Positions 11,198 through 20,650 are shown, numbered from the stretch's first letter. The stretch: DNA of 64,000 nucleotides from Spirochaetia bacterium (GCA_965225855.1 CBDDCK010000005.1:512001-576000), one strand, 5' to 3'. Notes: a model not told the origin generated them from the letters alone. A program made the numbers and translations.

Positions 11198-11253
11198 AAA
11201 GTTGGTTTAATCTGGGTGCGCATAATAAGAAAAATATCACGGTGGTTTATTGA
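11182..11253 (+). pseudogene. 3' remnant of a mod3-like gene
   Basis: Translates as SSIRLESWFNLGAHNKKNITVVY*, versus the mod3 end SSICLEDWFNLGAHRTDKKNIAVVY*. Confidence 0.88.
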
Positions 11254-11286
11254 TGGAAACGGGAGTTTAAGTAAGGAATAAACAAT

Positions 11287-12618
11287 ATGGCACAAGACAG
11301 TATTCTGCAATTAAAAATTGAAAACTTTAGGGCTATCAAAAAGGCTGATATTGAGCTTAATGGCATTACTGTAGCAGTAGGTGAAAATGGGGCCGGTAAA
11401 AGTACTATTTCTAAATTACTGTATTATTCTATTAAGATTGTCAATTACTATGATGAAGTTATTTATGAAAAACTAAAAGATAGGATATATGAGATAATAA
11501 AAGTGTTATCATCTATCAACCGCTATTATGACAATGATGATTTGAAAAATGATTTAGATTCTGTAAGAAACAACGATGCTGTTAATAAAAAAGAATTGCT
11601 TATTGATATTATTGATCGTCTCCAAGAATATGATGATAAACAATTGGGTAGAAAAATAGACAAAATAAGGTATAGATTGCTATTGAATTTTATTATTAGA
11701 AATGATGTTGAGGACTTTGATAATATTAAGGATTCTAAGGATGTTTGGAATATCTTAAAGAAAAAGGTTGTCCAATTATATGACAATGCCCAAAAAGATA
11801 TTCAGGCCAGAAGTAAAAAAATCTTTGAAAACAAATTGGCTAGTGTGTTTAATCAGAAACTGAAAGACTTTGTTGTTTGTGAGCATGGTGAAGCTATTAT
11901 TAGCAGAGACGATCAGCTAGGACAATTTTTCAGTATATCTAATGCTATTTATATAGATAGCCCTATGGCGGTGGAACATCCGGCCTATAAGGGGCGTTGG
12001 GGATATAGGGATATAGATACCGATGCCTTTAGCCATTGGAAAGATTTAAACTTTTATCTTAAAGAGACCAATCAAAAGCATCTTGAAGAAATTAGAGATA
12101 CAGATATATATGGTGAATTGCAAGATATTTTTAGTTCTGACGAAATTTTAGATGGAAAAATATCCATTAATGAAGGACGAGAGGAATTAATATACCGTAG
12201 AAACGATGGCCAAAATTTTCCTATTTTGGATTGTGCCACAGGGGTAAAGTCGATTGCTATTTTACAAATGCTCTATATTAATGGCTGGTTGAGTAATAAA
12301 ACGCTATTAATTTTAGATGAACCCGAAACTCATTTGCACCCACAATGGATTGTGGAATATGCCCGATTGGTAGTTTGGCTGAACAAAAAAGTAGGGGTTA
12401 CGTTTTTTATAGCGTCTCATAATCCCGATATGGTAAGTGCGATACAAGATATTAGCGACAAACAAGGTATTAATGACAACCTTAAATTTTATCTTGCTAA
12501 AAAACAAGAAGACTATACTTATAAATTTAACGATCAAGGCACAGATGAAGAGAATATTTTTGCCTCATTTAACATAGCCATAAACAAGATAAATAAATAT
12601 GGCGGTGATGATGAGTAA
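11287..12618 (+). CDS. AAA_15/AAA_21-like (OLD/AbiEii-type ABC) ATPase
   Basis: LKIENFRAI start, GENGAGKST Walker A, ATGVKS signature, LILDEPETHLHP, ASHNP. Confidence 0.9.
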   Translation: MAQDSILQLKIENFRAIKKADIELNGITVAVGENGAGKSTISKLLYYSIKIVNYYDEVIYEKLKDRIYEIIKVLSSINRYYDNDDLKNDLDSVRNNDAVNKKELLIDIIDRLQEYDDKQLGRKIDKIRYRLLLNFIIRNDVEDFDNIKDSKDVWNILKKKVVQLYDNAQKDIQARSKKIFENKLASVFNQKLKDFVVCEHGEAIISRDDQLGQFFSISNAIYIDSPMAVEHPAYKGRWGYRDIDTDAFSHWKDLNFYLKETNQKHLEEIRDTDIYGELQDIFSSDEILDGKISINEGREELIYRRNDGQNFPILDCATGVKSIAILQMLYINGWLSNKTLLILDEPETHLHPQWIVEYARLVVWLNKKVGVTFFIASHNPDMVSAIQDISDKQGINDNLKFYLAKKQEDYTYKFNDQGTDEENIFASFNIAINKINKYGGDDE

Positions 12619-13102
12619 ATATTGCCAAAATGTAACCTTAAATCATAAAGTAGCTCAAGAATATATAGATTGTGTTCAATCAATTGATTGTATTTGCAGA
12701 GAAGAAAGTTTTCATGAAGGAAAAAAGAAATGTTGTGATGTAGAGAATATTACATTTGGAGATGCGCAAGCCATCAATTTAGATTGTGTAATGAGAAAAG
12801 AAAAACCTATTCTTGCTTCTGTGGATATAATAATAGGATTAAATAATAAACGATATGTTGGGATTGAATTAAAATTGAATGTTAAAAAAGTTCCTATAAA
12901 TGATTCACAACAACTTAAAAGGAAAAGGTGTAATACGCTGAAGAAACTTAAATGTCAAGAAAACAATATGGACTTTGTTTTAATTTATTGCAGAACTTCA
13001 AAAGCGGAAAATTATTTACATAGAATACAAAGAGAGAGAAATCCGCCAAAACACGGATATGAAATAATGTTTCTTGAAGATTTTAAAACAAAATTTTGGT
13101 AG
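12599..13102 (+). CDS. Cys-rich hypothetical protein, possible PD-(D/E)xK nuclease partner of the ATPase (start may be 12608 or 12611)
   Basis: Overlaps the ATPase stop; SVDIIIG...VGIELK motif. Confidence 0.65.
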   Translation: MAVMMSKYCQNVTLNHKVAQEYIDCVQSIDCICREESFHEGKKKCCDVENITFGDAQAINLDCVMRKEKPILASVDIIIGLNNKRYVGIELKLNVKKVPINDSQQLKRKRCNTLKKLKCQENNMDFVLIYCRTSKAENYLHRIQRERNPPKHGYEIMFLEDFKTKFW

Positions 13103-13118
13103 AGAGTATTCAAAAACA

Positions 13119-13688
13119 TTATTCAAACAAGATTAGAGCTTTATAATAAACCAGAACATCAGCTAGGCTCGCTTGAGAGCCCAATAAATAAACGGAATTT
13201 TTTTGTAATAACCTTTCATATTTTGCTAAAGTTAGCAAGCATTGTTGTTGGGCCGCACGCCAGAAATGTTCACAACTAGAGCTAGGGCTTGAATGGCAAT
13301 TCCATTCATTTTTATAGCGTTCTGGGTATTTATAGCAGTCTAAATAATATTTGAATGGTCCATCATTTTCATTGCCGATCGCTTCAGTCTGCAATCTTTG
13401 TTCTTCATCAAGGCCTACCCACCAATTGTCTCTATCAAATTGGCCGTTATTTCGTTCTAAAGCCCAATGCATAATGTCCCAACTTTCCTCACAAAGATAC
13501 GCAGTTTCAGCATGGTAAAGTACAGGAACTGTAACCCGTTCTTTATGCGATAATTTTACTAAATCATAAGGCTTATTCTTCAAAGACACTTCAATCAAAG
13601 AAAAGGGTAATTGGCTATATTCAAGCACCATACGGCAGCGTATTGCATAAGGGCAACGCCTAAATGAATAAAAAATATATGGTTTCAT
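13119..13688 (-). CDS. Glutathione S-transferase family protein, probably C-terminally truncated
   Basis: YSFRRCPYAIRCRM, TVPVL, ESWDIMHWAL, NDGPFKYYLDCYKYP; ends 11 aa after SLADV, where homologues normally continue. Confidence 0.85.
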   Translation of the reverse strand: MKPYIFYSFRRCPYAIRCRMVLEYSQLPFSLIEVSLKNKPYDLVKLSHKERVTVPVLYHAETAYLCEESWDIMHWALERNNGQFDRDNWWVGLDEEQRLQTEAIGNENDGPFKYYLDCYKYPERYKNEWNCHSSPSSSCEHFWRAAQQQCLLTLAKYERLLQKNSVYLLGSQASLADVLVYYKALILFE

Positions 13689-13780
13689 TATCGCTCCAGC
13701 AATGGCTATAAAGTAGGTTATTTTGTTTGACAGCTCTAAAGTAATTTTAGTGGTAAGCTAAAATCGAAACAAGATAGTTT

Positions 13781-13864
13781 CTATGCATAGAAACATTTTG
13801 TTTTTATAGATAGAATCGTTTTGTTTCTATTTATGGAATATCTTTATTTTTATATATAGAATTG
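13781..13864. repeat. 23-bp tandem array, family A (consensus YTATAGATAGAATCGTTTTGTTT), 3.6 units
   Basis: Units start at 13781, 13804, 13827 and 13850. Confidence 0.8.
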
Positions 13865-13933
13865 TTATTTGACAATTGTATTAAACTGTGTTTTAATAGG
13901 CAGCAATATTATATATATGCGGGGTTAAATGAT

Positions 13934-14641
13934 ATGGCAATAAAATATGAATTACTGAAAAATCATATTGGCAGTGAACCAAAAGGCTACCATGCCTTAG
14001 TATGTAACCAAAAGGTATATGACCGTAAAGAGTTTGTTGAGATGATGCTCAATCGCGGTACGTCATTGACTATAGCCGATATTGAAGCGGTGCTAGCTTG
14101 CCAAGAAGAAGTCATCAAACAAATAGTCAAAAATGGCGAAGGGCTCAATACGGGTGTCTTTATCATGCATATTGATATTAAAGGCAAATTTGACGATGCC
14201 AATAGTCCTTTTAACAAGTCCAGTAATAGCTTGGCCATCAATATAACGGCAAGTAAAGTACTGAAAGATCTTTTGGGTGATATAGATGTGGAACGAGTCT
14301 ACAGTTCTGGTAAAGAAGCCAAAATCACCGTTGTTGAAGATATAGACAGCCAGACTCAAGATAGTAAATTGACCCCTGGCGGCCCGATAAAAGTTCTAGG
14401 CAATCGCATTAAAATCAAAGCTGCTGTGCCTTCGGACAACAAAGAGGGTTTGTACGTAGTAAATATAGCTGATGATAGCGAAACAAAGTTTAATACACCG
14501 ATTCGCAATAAGCCTTCTGAATTGATTTATATCATTCCGACTTTGCCAGCAGGCCAATATAAGTTGGAGGTACGCACCTATAAAACAGGTGCTACTGCCC
14601 TAAAAATCATTGCCTTCGATACGGTATTTACAGTTAGTTAG
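13934..14641 (+). CDS. HU-like DNA-binding domain + Ig-like (DUF4469-type) protein
   Basis: N-terminal RGTSLTIADIEAVL...GEGLNTG HU-like fold; C-terminal LTPGGPIKVLGNRIKI...RNKPSELIYIIP..LPAGQYKLEVRT. ATG 13934 preferred. Confidence 0.8.
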   Translation: MAIKYELLKNHIGSEPKGYHALVCNQKVYDRKEFVEMMLNRGTSLTIADIEAVLACQEEVIKQIVKNGEGLNTGVFIMHIDIKGKFDDANSPFNKSSNSLAINITASKVLKDLLGDIDVERVYSSGKEAKITVVEDIDSQTQDSKLTPGGPIKVLGNRIKIKAAVPSDNKEGLYVVNIADDSETKFNTPIRNKPSELIYIIPTLPAGQYKLEVRTYKTGATALKIIAFDTVFTVS

Positions 14642-14715
14642 GTATAGGTTTTATGCCATATATTATTACTTAGTTTTAAGTGATCAAAAAATAAAGGTAA
14701 TGCCAATACTTTGTA

Positions 14716-16164
14716 ATGGAATCTAAAACAATTGAAAATCTTGAAAAACTCAAAATATTGAAAGATGATATTCTTTTAAGTGAAATAAATGAATTAGATG
14801 ACTCTTTAACAAGATATTTTTCTTCCGCTTTTAATATTGATGATGCCTTGACTAGAAAGATTGTCAGTTTCCAAGCAAATAAATCTCGCACATATTATAA
14901 ATTATATAAATATAAAGAGGCGTTTTCCGTAGATTTAGTAGAATATCTTTTTCATAAATATAAAGTAGAATATGGTAAAATTCTTGATCCTTTTGCTGGG
15001 TCTGGTACATCTTTGTTTGCTGTTTCATCATTAGGTTATCAAGCAGAAGGTATTGAACTCTTACATGTAGGACAAAAAATTATAAAAGCAAATATACTGA
15101 TTAGAAATGATAATAAGAAGAAAATTACTGCTGGATTGAAAACTTGGCTATATAAAAAACCTTGGAATAATAAAGGGGAAATTAAAGATTTTGAAATACT
15201 TCGTATAACTAATGGGGCATATCCCTATGAAACGCATCAAAAAATTAAGCGGTATCTTAATGATTTAGAATATGAAATACAAGAAATCAAAGAAATACTA
15301 TTATTTGCACTTCTGTCTATTCTTGAATCAATTAGTTACACAAGAAAAGATGGCCAATACCTTCGCTGGGACTATAGAGCTGGACGTAGAAATGGTAAAC
15401 ATATTTTTGATAAGGGAAAAATCTATTCATTTGATGAAAGTATCATAGAAAAGTTAGCTGAAATAATAAAAGATATAAATTATGAAGATAATAATGATGA
15501 TTTATTGTTTCTAAAACAAAAGAATATAGAAAAAGGGGATATTAGCTTATTAAAAGGTTCGTGTTTAGATATTTTGCCTAAACTAAAAGGATATAGTTAT
15601 TCTGGAATAGTAACATCACCACCTTATTGTAATCGTTATGACTATACGCGTACTTACGCATTAGAACATGCAATACTTGGTATAAATCAAAATAAATTAT
15701 CTAATTTAAGACAAGCCATGTTAAGTTGTACAGTAGAAAATAAAATAAAAGAGCTTACTAATTTAAGCTATGATTGGAAAATAGCGATAGAGATTTGTGA
15801 AAATTTACCATTACTGCAAAAAATATTAGATTATTTAGATTATAAAAAAGAGATAAAAAAGCTTAATAACAATGGTATTGCTCGTATGGTTAGAGGTTAT
15901 TTTTACGAAATGAGTTGTGTTACTCAAGAATGTTATAGAGTATTAGATAAAGATGGTATAATGTTTATGGTTAATGATAATGTTCGATATGCTGGGGCAG
16001 TAATACCTGTAGATATAATTCTTTCAAAAATAGCTGAAACAATCGGATTTAAGATAGAGAATATTCTTGTTCTGCCACAAAGTAAAGGCAATAGTTCTCA
16101 ACAAATGGGTACGTATGGGCGATCAGTTTTAAGAAAGTGTGTGTATATATGGAAGAAGATATAA
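14716..16164 (+). CDS. N4-cytosine DNA methyltransferase, M.AvaI/M.BsoBI-like (predicted CYCGRG)
   Basis: YKYKEAFS, LDPFAGSGTS, VTSPPYCNRYDYTRTYALE, KGNSSQQMG; directly upstream of an AvaI-type endonuclease. Confidence 0.88.
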   Translation: MESKTIENLEKLKILKDDILLSEINELDDSLTRYFSSAFNIDDALTRKIVSFQANKSRTYYKLYKYKEAFSVDLVEYLFHKYKVEYGKILDPFAGSGTSLFAVSSLGYQAEGIELLHVGQKIIKANILIRNDNKKKITAGLKTWLYKKPWNNKGEIKDFEILRITNGAYPYETHQKIKRYLNDLEYEIQEIKEILLFALLSILESISYTRKDGQYLRWDYRAGRRNGKHIFDKGKIYSFDESIIEKLAEIIKDINYEDNNDDLLFLKQKNIEKGDISLLKGSCLDILPKLKGYSYSGIVTSPPYCNRYDYTRTYALEHAILGINQNKLSNLRQAMLSCTVENKIKELTNLSYDWKIAIEICENLPLLQKILDYLDYKKEIKKLNNNGIARMVRGYFYEMSCVTQECYRVLDKDGIMFMVNDNVRYAGAVIPVDIILSKIAETIGFKIENILVLPQSKGNSSQQMGTYGRSVLRKCVYIWKKI

Positions 16165-16167
16165 CAA

Positions 16168-17128
16168 ATGCCATTTAAAAATCATCTAAAGTCATATCAA
16201 GACTTAATTACCCCCTTATGAAGAAACAAGAGCAGGATTTATTTCATTAGCATTAGAAAAGAACAGAAAAGCAACGCCCTTTATTGAAGAAGCTAAAGCA
16301 CTCAAAGTATTTGCATCAAAAGCAAAAAGGCCAAAAGATTTATTGGAAATATACGAAATTAAAGACTCCCTACTTACAGCATCGGGAGTCTCTGAAAAAG
16401 CAAAAAACTACTTAGAAAAAGATGATAAAGAAGAGGCTATATACCAACTAATAAAGAATTTTTTAGAACCTGCTGGAAAGGCGTTTTTAGATGAATTAAT
16501 CTATCGTTTTTTGCTAACAAGAGGAGATTCTTTGGGCGGTAGTATGAGAAATCTAGCGGGTGTACTGGGAGAATGGCGGTTTACAAGAATGTTTATATCT
16601 ACCTGTTCCATTAGCGGAATAAATTTAGAATATCTTGATTCTAAAACTAAGAAATGGATAAATCATAATTCTGATCCTGAGATAGAGAAACAGATAAAAG
16701 GCTTATATTGGGTTTATAAAAACAAAGAGCGTACCATAATTTATAATTTAACTGTGCCAATATTAAAAAAGAATATTGACCTTTGCTTGTTTGATAGTTC
16801 TCCTAGTCAGATAGTATTTGGTAAAAATGCCAATTCGGTACACCATAATTTTACAAAATATCTTGCCTTAGGTGAATTAAAAGGTGGTATTGACCCAGCA
16901 GGAGCAGATGAACACTGGAAGACCGCCAATTCAGCATTAGCTAGAATTAGGGCTGCATTTTCTGAACAATGTTGTCCTGTTAAAACATTTTTTATTGGTG
17001 CGGCAATTGAAAATGCGATGGCAAAAGAAATATATGAACAATTGAATAATGGCATTCTTTCAAATGGGGCAAACTTAACAAATGAAAATCAAGTTGTTTC
17101 ATTGTGTAATTGGTTAATTAAATTATAA
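16168..17128 (+). pseudogene. AvaI/BsoBI-family Type II restriction endonuclease, +1 frameshift at codon 15-16
   Basis: MPFKNHLKSYQDLIT then CCCCC (16211-16215) leads to TGA. Removing one base restores PYEETRAGFISLALEKNRKATP, continuing to GELKGGIDPAGADEHWKTAN as in BsoBI. Confidence 0.92.
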
Positions 17129-17230
17129 AAAATATAGAATATCAATGCTGAAAATAAAAAATTCTATATGCCAACAAGAAATCTATTAAAATTGACTTAG
17201 TGGTACGGTAATAATGGTTAGGGGATTTTT

Positions 17231-17361
17231 CTATGTATAGAACTGTTCTCGTTTCTATATATACAATCGCTTTATTTCTATAGATAGAATCGTTTTGTTT
17301 TTATCTATAAGAATTTTTTGTCTTTATAGATAGAATCGCTTTGTTTGTATAGATAGAAATG
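17231..17361. repeat. 23-bp tandem array, family A, ~5.6 units
   Basis: For example CTATAGATAGAATCGTTTTGTTT and TTATAGATAGAATCGCTTTGTTT. Confidence 0.85.
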
Positions 17362-17502
17362 AAAGTGTTGAAAATAGAGTTGTCGTATAATGAAATACGA
17401 AAAGAAAAACACTGCAAATAGAAGTATTAACGGAAACAACGAAAAGATTTCTATGGAATTATTCCTTTTTGCCTCTTCATTTTAACTTTATTGGTTGGGT
17501 AT

Positions 17503-18360
17503 TCATCTATTAATTCTCTTTTCTTTTACCTTAACAAGGGACTTTAAATTTTTGTTAAATTGTCTTGCATCAATAGAATAATGGGATTTTCTATGGCAGT
17601 TACGACATAGAGCTATCACGTTATAAGGATGATCGGGTCCACCATCTGATAGGCGATGTAAATGATGGCATTCCAGAAATGGTCCCGATTTTGTATTAAA
17701 TGGTGCAGGATTATTACAGGCCTCACAATTACCACCAGACCTTTTTAAGGCATAGAGTTTTATAGCCTGCGAACGATAATAGGTTTGTTTTTCAATAAGC
17801 TTGACTGTTTGTAAATTCTTTGCTTTCTTTAAGGCAGCGATTCTTAAATCACTAAGAGATTTCTTTTTAAGTTCTTCTTCCGATTCGGGTATATAGTCAT
17901 CAATTTCTTGTCGTCCAGCTAAACCAACTGTGGAATCAATATCTAAGTGAAATATGAAGGCCTTTCTCATCTTGTCATTTCTATCAGGCCTCTGCCCCTC
18001 ATGGTATCCTATACAATTGGCTTCTCCCATATAGCGTACAGAACCATCTCTTGTGGATTCAAACATATGGATAGTTTTGTTATTTTCTTTATGCGCTCTT
18101 AAGGCTTCATTTCCTTTATTCATCTTCATGTCGCCTTCTCGACCTTCTCCAGTATACCAGAAGATACCATTATCACTGTACTCATTTTTATACCCATACT
18201 CTTCTTCTTTATTATAATCAAAAATAAAAATTACTGGATATTCTGCAGGGGTCGAAATTCCATATTGATTCTGCCCCCCGTAAATATTATGGATTTCACC
18301 TTTTCTATTGTATTCTTTTCCAACTTCAAACACGATTAACTCCCAATTTATTAGCTTCAA
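17503..18360 (-). CDS. SRA-like domain + HNH endonuclease (McrA-like, putative Type IV modification-dependent restriction)
   Basis: GGQNQYGISTP...YTGEGREGDM SRA-like N-terminus; CEACNNPAPF...LECHHLHRLSDGGPD..NVIALCRNCH. Confidence 0.85.
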   Translation of the reverse strand: MKLINWELIVFEVGKEYNRKGEIHNIYGGQNQYGISTPAEYPVIFIFDYNKEEEYGYKNEYSDNGIFWYTGEGREGDMKMNKGNEALRAHKENNKTIHMFESTRDGSVRYMGEANCIGYHEGQRPDRNDKMRKAFIFHLDIDSTVGLAGRQEIDDYIPESEEELKKKSLSDLRIAALKKAKNLQTVKLIEKQTYYRSQAIKLYALKRSGGNCEACNNPAPFNTKSGPFLECHHLHRLSDGGPDHPYNVIALCRNCHRKSHYSIDARQFNKNLKSLVKVKEKRINR

Positions 18361-18417
18361 TTTTTATGTTATGAAAATATTAATATGTTCCAATTCATTT
18401 ATACCATTTTACCCTCT

Positions 18418-18501
18418 GCATGTATAGAACCGTTTTGTTTCTATCTATAGAAATTTTTTGGTTTTATGGATAGAATAGGTTTGTTTTTATATATGGAAAT
18501 G
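18418..18501. repeat. 23-bp tandem array, family A, 3.6 units
   Basis: Units start at 18418, 18441, 18464 and 18487. Confidence 0.8.
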
Positions 18502-18538
18502 ATAGACGAATTTATAGGAAACAAGTTAGGTTTAAAAT

Positions 18539-18676
18539 ATGAACATCAAAGAAGAACAAACAACGGACAATATCAAAATACCCTATAATATGAAGATTCT
18601 CAAAAAGCATTTTTCACACTGCTTTGATAAAGCGGGGGCTTTTGATTTTAGTAAGCTGATAGTTATTATCTTTTGA
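18539..18676 (+). pseudogene. 5' remnant of a mod2-like gene
   Basis: MNIKEEQTTDNIKIPYNMKILKKHFSHCFDKAGAFDFSKL versus mod2 TDNIKAPNNIELLKQHFSHCFDKAGAFDFAKF; catttttcacactgctttgataaagcgggggcttttga is identical to 20980-21017. Confidence 0.9.
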
Positions 18677-18687
18677 TAATTAAATTT

Positions 18688-19347
18688 TTATAAGTCTTTC
18701 ACAAAATCTTGCAATTCTTCTCTTAAAAATTTAAATATGTCTACGCTAAATTTCATAGATGCAAATATGTTAGGAATTATTTGCTCTTTTTTATCTAGTT
18801 GTTTTCTACTTCTAATTTGTGTTTGTTGCAATAAAATTCCATATTCTAATAAATTCAGCTTAATTTTGGGGTGGACTATCTGATTGTTTGCTTGCAAACA
18901 TTGTAAATAATTATCCATACATTCTAGTGATTTAGTTAAATCTATATCTCCTACTTGTTTATTCTTGCTTAAATATTGGATAACTAGGTTTTCTAACATA
19001 CCTTCAATAATAATAGGGTCTCCTAAATGTTGAATTACATTCGGATATAATAACTGTATTTGGCCTTTTGTGTTTTGGCTTTGTTGATTATTTGGGTCTT
19101 CATCACAAATAATTTTTGCAGGTACTCTGCGGAAAACATTGATTGACGTTAATCGCCCTAACATCTCTAGCCAATTTTTTATTCCATCTAAGCCACCACA
19201 ACTTATGATTACCGTATTTTTATCTGGCCTGTCACTCAAATTCCATCCACTGTTTATGGTTTTAGCGTCAATTTGCCATAATTGTTTCAAAAATTGATAG
19301 AGAAATTCTTGGTCATGGATACCTTCACAGATAAGTAGCTTTTCCAT
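18688..19347 (-). CDS. TOPRIM-like protein (DUF3226/DUF4435-like), partner of the ATPase
   Basis: LLICEGIHD, SCGG, IICDED (TOPRIM E...DxD), GMLENL. Confidence 0.7.
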   Translation of the reverse strand: MEKLLICEGIHDQEFLYQFLKQLWQIDAKTINSGWNLSDRPDKNTVIISCGGLDGIKNWLEMLGRLTSINVFRRVPAKIICDEDPNNQQSQNTKGQIQLLYPNVIQHLGDPIIIEGMLENLVIQYLSKNKQVGDIDLTKSLECMDNYLQCLQANNQIVHPKIKLNLLEYGILLQQTQIRSRKQLDKKEQIIPNIFASMKFSVDIFKFLREELQDFVKDL

Positions 19348-19358
19348 ATGGACTAATT

Positions 19359-20516
19359 TTAACCTCGGCGCAAGTCGGCAAAACCTTTTAATTGAGCAAC
19401 ATTTTCTTGTGAATAGTAATGTGTCTCAATTTTGTTTTCTTCTTCATAAAGGAAATGCACTAAAATATTTTGTTTATCATTGCCTTCATATTTTGCAATT
19501 TCCTGCAAAATATCAAAAGAATGAGTTGTGGCAAAAAGCTGGATATTTCTCTTGGTTAATTCTGGAATAATCAATTCCAATAAGATTTTTATTGTATCTG
19601 GATGCAGGCCATCGGTAATCTCATCAAAAAGAATTACATCAACTCCATTGCATAAAATTCTTAAATATAGATTAAGGATTTTAATAAAGCCAGTACCCAT
19701 AGCATTTAGAGAAAAAGGTTTATCAAATTCATGATAGTAAATATTCAAAGTATTATTCGCATCTCGTATTTCATCAATATGGGGATCAATTTGTCGAATA
19801 AAACCCAAAACCTTTTGGCAAATCTTACGGTCTTGTATTAGCCCAGTTTCCTGCTTACTAAGTCTATCATTGTTTGGGACAAAACAAACTCTAGGCTCGT
19901 ATTGTTGCTTTATCTGATGATACCGTTCTATACCACTTTTCCAATCAGGTATAATTTCGCGGTTTTGTTCTACCATAGCATTTTGTAAAAAGCTTTCTAA
20001 TAAATTTTGTGCTGGTGGTATTCTGTTTTTATCAATTTCTTTGATTAAAATTTCCCAATCACACCAATTGATTTTTCGAGCCCCTTGTTTTTGATCTCGA
20101 ACCTCACAAGCAATTTTGAGCCTATCGGGTTGTTGGATTCTGCTATTGTCAACATATTGAATCTGGTATTCTAAAATATGACCAATCCTTGGTTTGCTTA
20201 CTGCATGATTTTGGCAATGGAAAGCAATCGTAATGGGCTTTACTGTATTAAATTGGTAAAAAAAGTCTTGATACTGTTCTATATCTCCTATGCCTGATTT
20301 TCTTGTTTCCATTAAAAAGCTACGAAAAAAATCTGTTGGTTCAAGCCCAAGAGAAAAAGCGATAGCTTCCAGTATGCTGGTTTTACCGATATTATTTTTA
20401 CCTATAAGTAAATTGAAGTTAGAGCATTCTTTTAGCTGTAAATCAGTAAAGCCCTTAAAATTTTTTATATTCAATTGGGTTATAAATTTCTTATCATTTT
20501 CTGCCATAAAACGCAC
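19359..20516 (-). CDS. AAA_15/AAA_21-like ABC ATPase
   Basis: IKNFKGF, GKNNIGKTS, AMGTG, ILFDEITDGLHP, ATTHS. Confidence 0.9.
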   Translation of the reverse strand: MRFMAENDKKFITQLNIKNFKGFTDLQLKECSNFNLLIGKNNIGKTSILEAIAFSLGLEPTDFFRSFLMETRKSGIGDIEQYQDFFYQFNTVKPITIAFHCQNHAVSKPRIGHILEYQIQYVDNSRIQQPDRLKIACEVRDQKQGARKINWCDWEILIKEIDKNRIPPAQNLLESFLQNAMVEQNREIIPDWKSGIERYHQIKQQYEPRVCFVPNNDRLSKQETGLIQDRKICQKVLGFIRQIDPHIDEIRDANNTLNIYYHEFDKPFSLNAMGTGFIKILNLYLRILCNGVDVILFDEITDGLHPDTIKILLELIIPELTKRNIQLFATTHSFDILQEIAKYEGNDKQNILVHFLYEEENKIETHYYSQENVAQLKGFADLRRG

Positions 20517-20650
20517 TCTCTTTTAGTTTATGTAATTTCATATACAAAATTTCGCAATCATAGATTTTTACTAAAAGTTAGTTTATTGTAATTTTATTCT
20601 CTAATCAATGCTTAAAAATTATTTTATTGTTTTAGCCATATAAAAATACA

